Assembly: GCA_963787595.1 (NCBI GenBank)
Contig: CAWBDE010000003.1
Location: 949,622-1,013,621 of the forward strand
DNA from: an uncultured Actinomycetota bacterium
GTDB taxonomy: Bacteria; Actinomycetota; Thermoleophilia; Solirubrobacterales; Solirubrobacteraceae
Direction of reading: 5' to 3'
DNA: 64,000 nucleotides
In this document: positions 63,342 to 64,000 of the stretch, one piece after another
How the letters are laid out: each line of letters starts with the position of its first letter
Position numbering within the stretch: the first letter of the stretch is position 1
The notes under the pieces: generated by a model
Databases searched by the model: none
The model's input: the letters and a program-made list of their open reading frames with translations, nothing else
Told to the model about the DNA's origin: nothing
Program-made: the position numbers and the translations under genes

Positions 63342-64000
63342 ATGCCGACATCGATCGACGTCTTTGCCAAGGCTCGCGAGCATGAACGCATCGAACAGCT
63401 CAGAGCCGCTCGGGAGCTTGACGCCGTGCCCTACTTCCGGGTGCTGGAAGGCCCGACCCTCCCCGTCGTGGAGATGGAGGGACGATCTCGGATCATGCTG
63501 GGGTCCAACAACTATCTCGGGCTGACCGGCGACGAGCGAGTCCGGCAGGGGGCGCTCGATGCCCTCAACAAGTATGGGACTGGCCTGACCGGATCGCGGT
63601 TCCTCAACGGGACGATCGACCTGCATCTGGAGCTCGAGAGCGAGCTGGCCGATTGGTTCGGCACCGAGGATGCGCTGGTGTTCACCACCGGGCATCAGGC
63701 CAATCTCGGCGCGCTGGGAACGCTGCTCGCGCCCGGAGACACGGTGATCGCGGACTCCGGGGATCACGCGTCGATCCTCGACGGCTGCATTCTCTCCCGG
63801 GCCAAGCTGCGCCCGTTCCGCCACGGCCGCATCGACCTGCTGGAGAAGCAGCTGGAGAAGGCCACCCGTGACGGCGGCGGGATCCTGGTGGTGGTCGACG
63901 GCGTGTTCTCGATGGAAGGCGACGTCGCGCCACTGCCGGAGATCGCCGACCTGTGCGGCCGCCACGGCGCGCGGCTGATGGTGGACGAGGCGCACGCGCT
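63342..64000 (+). CDS. Alpha-oxoamine synthase family PLP enzyme (8-amino-7-oxononanoate synthase / 2-amino-3-ketobutyrate CoA ligase / SPT-like), 5' partial
   Basis: I translated this myself; it is absent from the track because it runs off the window. It reads MPTSIDVFAKAREHERIEQLRAARELDAVPYFRVLEG...MLGSNNYLGLTGDERV...YGTGLTGSRFLNGTIDLHLELESELADWFG...TGHQANLGAL...DHASILDG...VDEAHA. Confidence 0.85.
   Translation, partial: MPTSIDVFAKAREHERIEQLRAARELDAVPYFRVLEGPTLPVVEMEGRSRIMLGSNNYLGLTGDERVRQGALDALNKYGTGLTGSRFLNGTIDLHLELESELADWFGTEDALVFTTGHQANLGALGTLLAPGDTVIADSGDHASILDGCILSRAKLRPFRHGRIDLLEKQLEKATRDGGGILVVVDGVFSMEGDVAPLPEIADLCGRHGARLMVDEAHA

Overview
This is a very GC-rich (roughly 70% by eye), gene-dense chromosomal core window with an Actinomycetota-type gene order. 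I could not find rRNA, tRNA, CRISPR, transposase or integrase genes.

Gene content:
- **1-33 kb, mostly minus strand:** clpC, radA, disA, carD, ispD, ispF, then an inserted OmpR/histidine-kinase pair, then cysS and a Firmicute-type sigH (spo0H-like) sigma factor. This is followed by an EamA transporter, lysS, greA, a large secreted S53 (sedolisin) protease, dus, an amidohydrolase, coaX, folK-folB-folP, a DUF559 gene sitting where folE normally lies, ftsH, and a fused tilS-hpt.
- **33-64 kb:** a nucleoside phosphorylase, a phasin-like coiled-coil protein, and a giant SLT + degenerate-M23 cell-wall hydrolase behind a long structured leader. Then come a Sir2 deacetylase translationally coupled to a beta-oxidation pair, an M48 protease and a PadR-ABC export operon. 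After those lie corA, an acyl-CoA dehydrogenase, several hypothetical or lipoprotein genes, an ArsA/Get3-like ATPase and a MoxR + VWA (CoxD/E-like) pair. The window ends with a GH5 hydrolase, a clear TPP riboswitch driving a thiZXY-like ABC importer plus a DUF3891-like gene, an AlkA-like glycosylase, and the 5' part of an alpha-oxoamine synthase gene.

Most notable non-genic signals:
1. Five separate short tandem-repeat arrays (units of 17, 22, 37, 50 and 59 bp). Four of the five sit exactly on gene termini. One of them triplicates the overlapping ispD-stop/ispF-start junction.
2. A candidate ydaO-type (c-di-AMP) leader upstream of the hydrolase, in the same window as disA.
3. The TPP riboswitch operon, which carries an uncharacterised extra gene.

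The many long ORFs antisense to real genes are high-GC artefacts.
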